24,288 nt of DNA from Myxococcota bacterium (GCA_041288095.1 JBGGMJ010000036.1:1-24288); one strand, 5' to 3'; shown: positions 9,297-18,073, numbered from the stretch's first letter. Notes: generated from the letters alone by a model not told the origin. Numbers and translations: made by a program.

Positions 9297-9635
9297 TGCA
9301 TTACCCGGCTGCGTGCCAGTGGATCGATGGTAGGGCCGAGCCTGTGACTTCGGGGCAGAACTACAACTACGTTGGCGAGGCGGGATCGGATCTCTGAAAG
9401 AAGCATATTTTTACTTCCACCACTGTACCGCCCAACCTACGCCGATGCACGTCCCCTAGTGTCGATTAGCATGTTGACCATGCCTCTCGATGTATCGGCA
9501 TCCCAAGCAATAACGTACGCAATTTTTCTCTAAGGGCATCGGGGAAGATGAAGAAAAAGTTCACACGAACGGTCATCTGGATGGGAGGCGGCGGTTGCCG
9601 TGCTGGCACTGCGTACGTACAATCAGTGGTCACTG
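9297..9635. promoter_or_regulatory. Divergent intergenic control region between the eps operon and the GT4-WecB/TagA pair
   Basis: Longest non-coding stretch in the window; contains A/T tracts (AAGCATATTTTTAC, GCAATTTTTCTC) unlike the GC-rich genes; contains a dyad at 9441-9499. No specific promoter could be assigned. Confidence 0.55.
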
Positions 9636-11048
9636 ATGGGCTCTCACAATTCCTTGGCCGGCGACCCGCGGATCGTCCCCTCTAATGCGCTGCCACGGAC
9701 CGTGAAGCGCCGTCGTCTCCGCGTGCTTCTGCTCGCCGAAATGGCAAATCCCAACTGGATTAGCGTGCCTATGGTCGGTTGGCGGCACATTCAGGCTGTC
9801 GCTCAGTTCGCCGACGTTCACGTCGCCACGCACCACCGCAACCGCGAGGACATCGAGCGCAGCGATTTCCCCAAGAGTGACGTCACCTTCATCGGGCCGA
9901 CGTCCATCGAAAACCTGGTCTACGGCGTCTCGAAAAAGATCTCCAGCGCCGGGGCGATGAACGGCATCACCCAGACGGCGATGAGCGTGCCCTGCTACTA
10001 CCAGTTCGAGAATGAGACCTGGGCGCGCTTCCTGCCGGAGCTCGAGGCCGGGAGCTTCGACCTAGTTCACCGGATTACCCCGGTAAGTCCAGGGGTTCCG
10101 AGCTTCGTTGCCAAGCGCGCGGCGGACCTCGCGGTGCCTTTCGTGCTCGGTCCGGTCAACGGGGGGGTGCCATGGCCCAAGGGCTTCGCCGAGGAGCGTA
10201 AGCGCGAGGGTGAGTGGCTCGGGCGGTTGCGCGGGGCGTATCGCTTGTTGCCGTACTACCGATCGGTGCGCGCCCACGCCTCGGCGATCCTGGTGGGCTC
10301 GGCCGCCGCCTGGCGCGAGATGCCTCGGGAGTACGAAGAGAAGATGTTCTACCTCCCCGAGAACGCCATCGACCATCATCAGTTCTCGCAAACCACGAGC
10401 GCCTACGATTCCAACCCTCTCAAGGTCGCCTTCGTCGGCCGCATGGTCGCTTGCAAGGGCATCGAGATGCTCATCAAGGCGGCGGCACCTCTGTTGAAAG
10501 AAGGCCGCGTCGTCATCGACCTCATCGGCGATGGTCCTGAAAAGCCGATGTTGCTCAAGCTCATCGAGAGCGAAGGGGTCGCTCATGCCGTCCGTCTGGA
10601 TGGGTGGGTCCCGCACGCCGAGCTGCAAGGGCGCTTGATGCAGTCGGCGGTCCTCGGCTTCCCGAGCATCCGCGAGTTCGGCGGCGGTGCCGTGATGGAA
10701 GCCATGATGCTCGGCCTCATTCCGGTGGTTGTCGGTTATGGCGGACCAAACGAGATCGTCGACTCGGGTTGCGGCTTCCGCATTCCCTTGGGGACGCGCG
10801 AAGAGGTCGTCCATGGGCTGCGCGAGACCTTGACCAAGCTCGCCGACATGAGTGGCGACGAGCGCCGCAAGCTCGGCGAGGCCGCGCACGCGCGCATCAA
10901 CAACGAATTCTCGCTCCCCGCCAAGCGCGACAAGACGCGCGCCATCTACGAGTGGTTGGTTGGCATCGGCGAGAAGCCGACGCATCTGCGACCGCCGCCG
11001 GAAGCGCTCGATCTCTACAAGTCGTCGTCGTTCGGCGGCCTCTTTTAG
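9636..11048 (+). CDS. Family 4 glycosyltransferase (GT-B fold)
   Basis: RVLLLAEMANP.W.SVP.VGW, FDLVH.ITP, VAFVGRMVACKG, IGDGPE, GWVPH, FPSIREFGGGAVMEAM..G (EX7E motif), GGPNEIVD. Start uncertain (9600, 9636 or 9702). Confidence 0.9.
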   Translation: MGSHNSLAGDPRIVPSNALPRTVKRRRLRVLLLAEMANPNWISVPMVGWRHIQAVAQFADVHVATHHRNREDIERSDFPKSDVTFIGPTSIENLVYGVSKKISSAGAMNGITQTAMSVPCYYQFENETWARFLPELEAGSFDLVHRITPVSPGVPSFVAKRAADLAVPFVLGPVNGGVPWPKGFAEERKREGEWLGRLRGAYRLLPYYRSVRAHASAILVGSAAAWREMPREYEEKMFYLPENAIDHHQFSQTTSAYDSNPLKVAFVGRMVACKGIEMLIKAAAPLLKEGRVVIDLIGDGPEKPMLLKLIESEGVAHAVRLDGWVPHAELQGRLMQSAVLGFPSIREFGGGAVMEAMMLGLIPVVVGYGGPNEIVDSGCGFRIPLGTREEVVHGLRETLTKLADMSGDERRKLGEAAHARINNEFSLPAKRDKTRAIYEWLVGIGEKPTHLRPPPEALDLYKSSSFGGLF

Positions 11049-11063
11049 GCTACTTCTCGTCCG

Positions 11064-11819
11064 ATGCGCTCACTCACCAAGGTGCGATTCGGCTCGATTC
11101 ACGCGGACGCGGTGACGTTCCGCGAAGCAGTCGACTACATCATCGACCTCGTGCGCGAAGGCCACGGCGGTTACGTGGTCACGCCGAACGTCGATCACAT
11201 CGTGCTCGCCGAGGGGGACGAGGGCTTGCGGCTCGCTTACGCGGACGCCTCGTTGTCCTTGGCCGACGGCATGCCGCTCATCTGGATGGCGAAGCTCCTG
11301 CGCACCAAGATCCCCGAGAAGGTCTCGGGGTCGGACATCATGATGCCGCTCATCGAGCGCGCGGCGCAGGACGGGTTGCGGGTCTACTTCCTGGGCGGCG
11401 CGCCTGGGGTCGCCGAGGCAGCATCGGCGACGTTGCTCACGAAGCTCCCGACCCTTCAGATCTGCGGTCACGACGCGCCCCCGCTCGGCTTCGAGCGCGA
11501 CCCCGCGGTCCTCCAGAAGGTCATCGACACCGCGAAAGCGGCGAAGCCTCACCTCATCTTCGTGGCGCTCGGCTGTCCCAAGCAGGAGCTCTTCATGCGC
11601 ATGGTGCGGCGCGATCTCGCTCCCTCCGTGCTTCTGGGGATCGGCGCGAGCCTCGACTTCATCGCCGGCGTGCAGTCGCGCTCACCGGCTTGGATGTCGC
11701 GGGTCGGCCTCGAGTGGACCTACCGCATGATGAAAGATCCGAAGCGCCTGGCGCACCGGTACCTCGTCCGCGATCGCGCAATCGCGGGGATCTTTCTGCG
11801 CCAGCTCATGGGCCGATAG
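11064..11819 (+). CDS. WecB/TagA/CpsF family (GT26) glycosyltransferase, EpsA-like
   Basis: VVTPNVDH, ADGMPLIW, EKVSGSD, YFLGG.PGVA, FVALGCPKQE, GIGASLDF.AG...R.P.WM...GLEW.YR...DP.RL..RY. Confidence 0.93.
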   Translation: MRSLTKVRFGSIHADAVTFREAVDYIIDLVREGHGGYVVTPNVDHIVLAEGDEGLRLAYADASLSLADGMPLIWMAKLLRTKIPEKVSGSDIMMPLIERAAQDGLRVYFLGGAPGVAEAASATLLTKLPTLQICGHDAPPLGFERDPAVLQKVIDTAKAAKPHLIFVALGCPKQELFMRMVRRDLAPSVLLGIGASLDFIAGVQSRSPAWMSRVGLEWTYRMMKDPKRLAHRYLVRDRAIAGIFLRQLMGR

Positions 11820-11827
11820 TCAAAATG

Positions 11828-11895
11828 GGGACACTAACCATTTTCCCTATCGGGAATGGCGAGCGTCCTCACGTTGGGAAAATGGATAGTGTCCC
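11828..11895. repeat. 20-bp inverted repeat between convergent genes (probable bidirectional terminator or REP-like element)
   Basis: Left arm GGGACACTAACCATTTTCCC (11828-11847) and right arm GGGAAAATGGATAGTGTCCC (11876-11895) are reverse complements at 19/20 positions; 28-nt spacer. Confidence 0.8.
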
Positions 11896-12569
11896 TACGG
11901 CTTCACGATGATGCTGCCGATGATGTGCTCCCGCCCAACCATCTCAATCACCTCGCCGCACTCCCCGAACGTCGTCTCGTTCAACCCCATGCACAAGATG
12001 ACGGCGTCCGCGGCGCGTGCCGCTGGAATCGATCGCGTCTGTGATAGCGGAGAGTCCACCGCCATAATCACCGTCGAGTAGCGGCTGCCTTCGCCCGAAG
12101 CATAGTCGAGCAGCTGCGGCCCCAAGGCGAGCGCGCGCTCGGCGTCGTCCGCGGGGAGCAGCGAGAAGTCCATGAAGTCGAAGCGCCCGTGCAGGCCCTC
12201 CGAGAGGATCGAGCCGAGGTCGTCGAGCTCCGCGGGAGCGTCGAGGGGGCTCGAGCGGCGGCCGCCTGGCTGACAGCCGCGAATACTGGCGTCGACCACC
12301 AAGACGCGGGCGCCGGGCTCCTGGCCGGCCATCTGGCCCATGCCCTGCGCGAGCGTCAGACCGCTGACCGTGTCGTTGATGGGCACGATTGCCAGCGTGT
12401 TCCAGGCCCGCGAGCGCGCCACCTTGAACCAGGCATGCTGGATCTCGATCGCCGGCAAAGGGGCGAGGGCAAAGTCACGGGTTCCGTGACGGAGCTCGAG
12501 GAGGGCTTTGCTATCGTTCGTCGGCATGGTGGTGGAACGGACTGCTTGTGCCGCTTGATTGTATCGCAT
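11895..12569 (-). CDS. Stand-alone degenerate BY-kinase (CpsD/CapB-like pseudokinase; WzeX/EcpK-like)
   Basis: CpsD/CapB-like order of elements (TLAIVP...LTLAQ.M......ARVLVVDAS...YSTVIMAVDSPLS....IPAARAADAVIL......T......VIEMVG..HIIGSII) but no GxGKS/T Walker A and no Tyr-rich tail. Start 12569/12572 or 12527. Confidence 0.72.
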   Translation of the reverse strand: MRYNQAAQAVRSTTMPTNDSKALLELRHGTRDFALAPLPAIEIQHAWFKVARSRAWNTLAIVPINDTVSGLTLAQGMGQMAGQEPGARVLVVDASIRGCQPGGRRSSPLDAPAELDDLGSILSEGLHGRFDFMDFSLLPADDAERALALGPQLLDYASGEGSRYSTVIMAVDSPLSQTRSIPAARAADAVILCMGLNETTFGECGEVIEMVGREHIIGSIIVKP

Positions 12570-13411
12570 CACTCCCCCGCGAGCCTAGTCACCGAGCCGT
12601 TCTCGATCTTGGCGACGAACCAACGGGTTCCCGCGGTCGTGGCTTGCCCTAAATTGCCGAAGTACTGGGCTCCCACGGTCGTGCCACCCCGAAAGATGCC
12701 GTAGACGTTCAAGACCTGCGTGCCGCTGGTCGCGTCGTAGATCGCCTGGCCAATGACGTAGTCGTGAGTGTCCGAGAGGGTACTCAAGCGATCGGCGACG
12801 ATGACACGCCGCTGCGAGCGTGAAACCAGCTGGAAGTCGACGCCATCGCTGCCGAGCACGAGCTCGACCGGTGTCATGTCGGCGTTATCCAGATAGTTGA
12901 TGATGCCGCTGAAAACGCGCCCGCCAGCGACGATCAGCGCCGTGCCGCGGCCGGTCGTGAGCGGGCCCTCGTTTTCGCCTTGGAGGAAACCCTCCTCGGG
13001 TGCCACCGCGGGCGGAGTGGTGTCGCCGCATACGTCCGCTAGAGCGGCCGCGAGCGCATCAGCGGCGAGGTTGTCGGGACCCGGGTCGTCGGTGGAGCCG
13101 TCGACGAACTTGCCCTGGCGATGAACGACGAGGATCTCCGGGTTCTCGCAGATGGTGCCGACGCGAAAGGGAGCGCATTGAACACCCGTGCAATAGGAGG
13201 CGGGGGTGCAGCTGTTGCCGCAGGACCCGCAAGCGCGCATCGACAACGAGAGGTCCTCGCAACGCCCGGTGCAGCAGGTGCGGCCGTCGCAATCGTCATC
13301 GCTTTCGCAGCGATCGATACCCGCGAGGTCGTCATCGTCGAACGTTGGCGTCGTGCTGCACGCTATCGCTATTGCGGCCGCGCACAACGCCGCCGCTTTC
13401 GAACATCCCAT
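12569..13411 (-). CDS. Predicted lipoprotein with a myxobacterial Cys-rich module and an unassigned C-terminal domain
   Basis: MGCSKAAALCAAAIAIA-C lipobox-like signal; Cys-rich block CESDDDCDGRTCCTGRCEDLSLSMRACGSCGNSCTPASYCTGVQC. Start set at ATG 13411. Confidence 0.72.
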   Translation of the reverse strand: MGCSKAAALCAAAIAIACSTTPTFDDDDLAGIDRCESDDDCDGRTCCTGRCEDLSLSMRACGSCGNSCTPASYCTGVQCAPFRVGTICENPEILVVHRQGKFVDGSTDDPGPDNLAADALAAALADVCGDTTPPAVAPEEGFLQGENEGPLTTGRGTALIVAGGRVFSGIINYLDNADMTPVELVLGSDGVDFQLVSRSQRRVIVADRLSTLSDTHDYVIGQAIYDATSGTQVLNVYGIFRGGTTVGAQYFGNLGQATTAGTRWFVAKIENGSVTRLAGE

Positions 13412-13517
13412 TGTCACAATGTTCCCCCACGCCGCCGATCTCATTCAACGACTTTGTTGAGGGTGTGGTCGGCAATGCTTGCGCGCAAGGTTCGCGGCCC
13501 GGCATTGCTGGTGCCAA

Positions 13518-14819
13518 ATGGCCACACCAGTGGGTGAGCTCCGACGCGAGCTCAACGTCATCGACGCGGTCGCGATTTTCGTCGGAATCATCCTGGGTTC
13601 CGGCGTCTTCGTGGCGCCGGCGCAAGTGATTGGCGCCGCCCCGACGCCAGTGGCGGCGATCGGTCTGTGGCTCGCGGGCGGCGTGATCGCGGCATGTGGG
13701 GCGTTCACCTACGCCGAGTGCGGCGCGCGCCTGCCGTCGAACGGTGGCTTTTACGTCTACTATCGGGCGGTGTACGGCGAGCCTCTGGCTTTCGTCGGGG
13801 GGTGGTCCGCGACCTTCGTCACCTACCCGGCATCGACGGCGGCGATTGCCTTGCTGGGGGCGCAATACGGCGGGGTCATCGTGCCCGCTTTGGCGGACAA
13901 GACGCGATGGGTCGCCACCGCGGCCGTGCTAGCGACCGGCGTGTTGAATTGGGCCGGCGTTCGCACCGGTGCCAGCGCGCAGCGCGTGCTCACCGCTTTC
14001 AAAGTGCTCACCGTGCTGGGCGTCTGTGGCGCGGCCTTGTTCGCGAAGCCCGCCGAGGTCGCTCTCGGCATGCCGCCCGCCGCGAGCCTCGCCGTGGCGC
14101 TCACCGCCATGGTCAGCGTCTTGTGGTCGTACGACGGTTGGAGCGACGTAACTCTCATCACCGGCGAGCTCGAGCGCCCCGAGCGCAATCTCGGTCGAGC
14201 AGTTGCCATCGGGGTCGTGACCCTCTTCACCGTCTATGTGTTGGTGCAGCTGTCCGTCATGGCGCTCTTGCCCGCCGCGGCGGCCGCGGCTTCTCCTAGC
14301 GTCCTCGCCGATGCGGTGCAGGTTGCCTTGGGCGCGGGTGCAGCGTCGGTGCTCGCCGCCATCGTCTGCGTCAGCACGTTCGGCTCGGTGAATGGCATCG
14401 TGCTCACCGCGTCGCGCCTGGGACACGCGATGAGCGTCGACGGGGTCATTCCGCCTTGGTTTGCGCGCCTGCATCCGCGCCGCAACACTCCGGGTCGGAC
14501 CATCGCGGTCATGGTGGCTTGCACCACAGTCTATGTCTGGGCGTCGGACTTCCGCGGTCTGCTCGAGTTCTTCGGTCAGACGATCTGGCTGTTCTACGGG
14601 CTCACGGCGGTGAGCGCGCTGGTGCTGCGCCGCCGTGGTCCGGCCCCGGGCTTTCGCGCGCCGTGGTTTGCTCCATGGGTCGTGGTGGCGACGGCACTGG
14701 CGATGAGCATCGGCCTTGCGGTAGCCAACCCCAAGCGCTTCTTTATCGGCGTCGCACTGGTCTCGGCGGCCTTGCCGGCTTACCTGATCTGGCGCGTCGT
14801 GAAGCAACGCCTCGCATAA
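13518..14819 (+). CDS. APC-family amino acid permease
   Basis: ELRREL...DAVAIFVGIILGSGVF, YAECGARLPSNGG.Y.Y...YG...AF..GW, WSYDGW, ELERPERNL.RA, FARLHPR..TP; about 12 TMs. Start set at ATG 13518. Confidence 0.92.
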   Translation: MATPVGELRRELNVIDAVAIFVGIILGSGVFVAPAQVIGAAPTPVAAIGLWLAGGVIAACGAFTYAECGARLPSNGGFYVYYRAVYGEPLAFVGGWSATFVTYPASTAAIALLGAQYGGVIVPALADKTRWVATAAVLATGVLNWAGVRTGASAQRVLTAFKVLTVLGVCGAALFAKPAEVALGMPPAASLAVALTAMVSVLWSYDGWSDVTLITGELERPERNLGRAVAIGVVTLFTVYVLVQLSVMALLPAAAAAASPSVLADAVQVALGAGAASVLAAIVCVSTFGSVNGIVLTASRLGHAMSVDGVIPPWFARLHPRRNTPGRTIAVMVACTTVYVWASDFRGLLEFFGQTIWLFYGLTAVSALVLRRRGPAPGFRAPWFAPWVVVATALAMSIGLAVANPKRFFIGVALVSAALPAYLIWRVVKQRLA

Positions 14820-14822
14820 ACA

Positions 14823-15905
14823 ATGGCATCCATCGAGCTAACCAACGTCACCAAGCGTTATGGTGACGTCACCATCGTCGACGGCATTTCGCTCTCGATC
14901 GCGGACGGCGAGCTCGTCGTCCTGGTCGGCCCCTCTGGCTGTGGCAAGAGTACGCTTTTGCGGATGGTGGCCGGGCTTCTCGACCCGACCGCCGGCAACA
15001 TCGGCATCGGCGGCCGCGACGTCACCCGCTTGCCGCCGGGCGACCGCGACATCGCCATGGTGTTCCAGAGCTACGCGCTCTATCCGCATATGACCGTGCG
15101 CGACAACATCGCCTTCCCGCTGAAGGTCCGCCGGCTCGACCCCGCGGACATCGGGGAGCGGGTGACGCGCGTCGCCGACATGCTGGGACTCGGGCGCTTG
15201 TTGGACCGCAGGCCGCGTGACCTTTCCGGCGGACAGCGGCAGCGGGTCGCCATGGGCCGCGCCATCGTCCGCGAGCCCAAGGTCTTCCTCTTCGACGAGC
15301 CCCTTTCGAACCTCGACGCGTCGCTGCGTTCACGCATGCGCGCCGAGATCGCCGAGCTGCATGCGCGCTTGAAAGCGACGATGATCTACGTGACGCACGA
15401 CCAGCACGAAGCCATGACGCTCGCCGACCGCATCGTGCTCTTGAACCGGGGCCACATCGAGCAACAGGGCGCGCCACTCGAGCTCTATCAGCGGCCGCTT
15501 ACCCGCTTCACCGGCGAGTTCATGGGCAGTCCACCGATGAACTTCCTGCCGGTGGAAAAAAAGCCCGACTCCCTGGCCAGTCCGCACCTGCGCGTCGCCC
15601 GCGGCGAGCTTGGCATCACCAACTGGGACGCATTGCCCGGCGAGCTCGTGCTCGGGGTTCGGCCCGAAGCGCTGCACCTCGCCGACCGCGTCGCCGCGCC
15701 AAACCGCCTCGACGTGCGGGTGTCATGGATCGAACGCACAGGGAGTGACGCCTATGTGCACAGCCGCGCCGGCGAGATTCCCGTGGTTGCTCGCATCGCC
15801 GCCGCCGATGGTGAGCGCCTCTCCGCTGGCGGCACGGTGACCCTTGCCTTCGATGCGCTATCGGTCTTTGACCGCGATAGCGGTCAAGCTGTGGCGCATC
15901 GTTGA
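14823..15905 (+). CDS. Carbohydrate ABC transporter ATP-binding subunit (MalK/UgpC/MsmX family)
   Basis: Walker A GPSGCGKS, VFQSYALYPHMTV, signature LSGGQRQRVAMGR, Walker B FLFDEPLSNLD, YVTHDQ, C-terminal GVRPE/TOBE-like region. Confidence 0.95.
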   Translation: MASIELTNVTKRYGDVTIVDGISLSIADGELVVLVGPSGCGKSTLLRMVAGLLDPTAGNIGIGGRDVTRLPPGDRDIAMVFQSYALYPHMTVRDNIAFPLKVRRLDPADIGERVTRVADMLGLGRLLDRRPRDLSGGQRQRVAMGRAIVREPKVFLFDEPLSNLDASLRSRMRAEIAELHARLKATMIYVTHDQHEAMTLADRIVLLNRGHIEQQGAPLELYQRPLTRFTGEFMGSPPMNFLPVEKKPDSLASPHLRVARGELGITNWDALPGELVLGVRPEALHLADRVAAPNRLDVRVSWIERTGSDAYVHSRAGEIPVVARIAAADGERLSAGGTVTLAFDALSVFDRDSGQAVAHR

Positions 15906-18073
15906 TGTGGCGGTGGGTATGGATCGCCGCCGCCGTGGCGGTGTCGCCGCCGGTCGCCGCCGCCGAGGGCGAGGTCGTGCTTTGGCATGCTTACCGCGCC
16001 GGCGAGGCCGAAGCGCTGGATGTCGTCGTCGAGTCGTTTCGGGCGCGGCACCCCGAGGTGCGCCTGCGCGTGCTGCAGGTGCCGTACGGCGCCTATCCCC
16101 AGAAGCTGCGCACCGCCATCCCGCAAGGCGCCGGGCCGGACTTGTTCATCGCTCCCAACGATCACCTGCGCGATTTCATCGAGCGCGAGCTCATCACGCC
16201 GGCGCGGGGTGTGCCGCGCGAGCGCTTCGACGCCCGCCTGGTCGCCGCGCTTACGTTGAAGGACCAGGTTTGGGGTTATCCGCTCGCCTACAAGACGCTG
16301 GTGCTCTTCTACCGCCGCGACATGGTCGAAGCGCCGCCCCGCGACACCGACGATCTGCTGGCGATGGCGCGCCGGCTCACCGGCGACGGACGCTACGGCT
16401 TCGTCTACCAGGCTAGCCTTCCGTATTACCACGCTCCCTGGCTGTTCGGGTTCGGCGGCAAGCTCTTCGATGGAGACCGGCTGTTGCCGTTCGAGTCACC
16501 GGCCGCGATAGCGTCCGGCGAATTTTTGCGGCGTCTCACCTTCGAGGAGAAGGTAACGCCCGTGGACATCAGCGGCGCCCTGGCTACCGAGCTCTTCAAT
16601 CGCGGACGCGCGGCGATGGTGATGAACGGCCCGTGGTTCGTGAGCGAGATCGCCGCCGACGTGCCCTGGGCCGTTGCGCCCTTGCCCGTGGTGAGCGCCA
16701 CCGGCCTGCCGGCGCGCCCATTCGCCTCCCTCGACGTGCTCTACCGTACGACGCGTGCCGATAGCTCGCCGGGGGCCGCGGCCTTGATCGAAGCTCTCAC
16801 CAGCGACGCCGCCGCCCTGGTGCGCGCGCGCGTCGGTCGCCAGCCGGTCGCCAACGCCGCCGTGGCGCACGATCCCGTGGTCGAAGGCGACCAGCTCTTG
16901 GCGATGCAGGCGCGTCAGCTCGAGGCCACCGAGCCGTTGCCGATCGAGCCCGTGATGCAGCTCGCCTGGGACCCCTACGAATCGGCGTTGCGTCAGATCC
17001 AACGCGGCTCGAAGTCCCCCGAGAGCGCCTTTCGTGAAGCGACCAAGCGCGTCCAAGTGCTCGCGCGGCCGCTGCCCGAGGCGGCTCCGATGCGTCTTTA
17101 CGTGTTGGCGGCCTTGGTGCTCGTCGCCGTGGGGCTTTCGGTCGCGGTGCGGCGAGCCGGTCGCGAGGTCTGGAGCGATGTACGCCGTAGCGGATCGGCC
17201 TACGCTTTCATCGCGCCCGCGGCGATCGGTATGGCGCTCCTCGTCGGCGTGCCGTTCGTGATGGGCGTGGGTCTGGGCTTCTTCGAGTACGAAGGCACGC
17301 AGATCCGCTTCGTCGGCCTGGGCAACTTCGCCAGCATTCTCGGCACCAACGACTACAGTCCGCTCGAGCCGATGAGCTTCTATTTCACCATGGCCGTCAC
17401 CGTGCTCTGGACGGTGAGCAACATCGCGCTCCATGTCGCCATCGGCTTCGGCTTCGCGCTCTTGCTGCAGCCGACGTGGTTGCGCGGGCGCGGCGTGTTC
17501 CGCGTGCTGCTCATCTTGCCGTGGGCCATTCCGAACTACATCACGGCGCTGATCTTCAAAGGGCTGTTCAACACCCAGCTGGGCGCCATCAACGCCTTGC
17601 TCGTGAAGATCGGCCTGCCGGCGATCAACTGGTTCGACCACTTCGCATCCGCTTTCGCGGCTAACCTCACGACGAACGTCTGGCTCGGCTTTCCCTTCAT
17701 GATGGTCACTATCCTCGGCGCGCTGCAGGCGATCCCGAGCGATCTCTACGAGGCGGCGCGCGTCGATGGGGCAGGGCCGTGGCGGCGCTTTTCCAGCATC
17801 ACCTTACCGCTCGTTGGACCGGCCCTCGTGCCTTCGGTGGTGCTCGGTACTATTTGGACCTTCAACATGTTCAACGTCGTCTTCTGCGTCAGCGAAGGTC
17901 AGCCCGAAGGCGCGACCGACATCTTGGTGACCGAAGCGTACCGCTGGGCGTTCATGCGCAATGGACGTTACGGCTACGCCGCCGCGTATTCGCTGGTCAT
18001 CTTCGCCATCCTCTTGCTCTACAGCGCGCTCACCAAGCGATTGCTCGCCGCGCGTGTCACGGAGGCCACGTGA
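15905..18073 (+). CDS. Fused sugar-binding protein + permease of a carbohydrate ABC importer (MalE-MalF-like fusion)
   Basis: Signal peptide (..PPVAAA-E), MalE-like domain (VVLWH, GPDLFI..ND, YPL....LVLFY.RD, FN.G.AAMVMNGPW) to about 17070, then MalF-like TMD (YAFIAPA, FVGL.NF, LLILPWAIP, WLGFPFMM...LGALQAIP.DLYEAARVDGA = EAA loop). One uninterrupted frame. Confidence 0.92.
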   Translation: MWRWVWIAAAVAVSPPVAAAEGEVVLWHAYRAGEAEALDVVVESFRARHPEVRLRVLQVPYGAYPQKLRTAIPQGAGPDLFIAPNDHLRDFIERELITPARGVPRERFDARLVAALTLKDQVWGYPLAYKTLVLFYRRDMVEAPPRDTDDLLAMARRLTGDGRYGFVYQASLPYYHAPWLFGFGGKLFDGDRLLPFESPAAIASGEFLRRLTFEEKVTPVDISGALATELFNRGRAAMVMNGPWFVSEIAADVPWAVAPLPVVSATGLPARPFASLDVLYRTTRADSSPGAAALIEALTSDAAALVRARVGRQPVANAAVAHDPVVEGDQLLAMQARQLEATEPLPIEPVMQLAWDPYESALRQIQRGSKSPESAFREATKRVQVLARPLPEAAPMRLYVLAALVLVAVGLSVAVRRAGREVWSDVRRSGSAYAFIAPAAIGMALLVGVPFVMGVGLGFFEYEGTQIRFVGLGNFASILGTNDYSPLEPMSFYFTMAVTVLWTVSNIALHVAIGFGFALLLQPTWLRGRGVFRVLLILPWAIPNYITALIFKGLFNTQLGAINALLVKIGLPAINWFDHFASAFAANLTTNVWLGFPFMMVTILGALQAIPSDLYEAARVDGAGPWRRFSSITLPLVGPALVPSVVLGTIWTFNMFNVVFCVSEGQPEGATDILVTEAYRWAFMRNGRYGYAAAYSLVIFAILLLYSALTKRLLAARVTEAT

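Noticed and set aside
9421-9432. ops-like sequence GGCGGTACAGTG on the minus strand about 125 nt upstream of the eps operon
   Set aside because: Differs from GGCGGTAGnnTG at G8, a position needed for the ops hairpin and RfaH recruitment; no JUMPstart context; a chance match is likely in GC-rich DNA.
9305-9620. Two TGGCAC hexamers (minus strand near 9313-9318, plus strand near 9605-9610) as possible sigma-54 promoters
   Set aside because: Neither has the required TTGC/GC element at the -12 spacing.
11828-11895. Inverted repeat as a CRISPR repeat or IS end
   Set aside because: Only one arm pair, no repeat-spacer array, no cas or transposase gene and no clear target-site duplication in the window.
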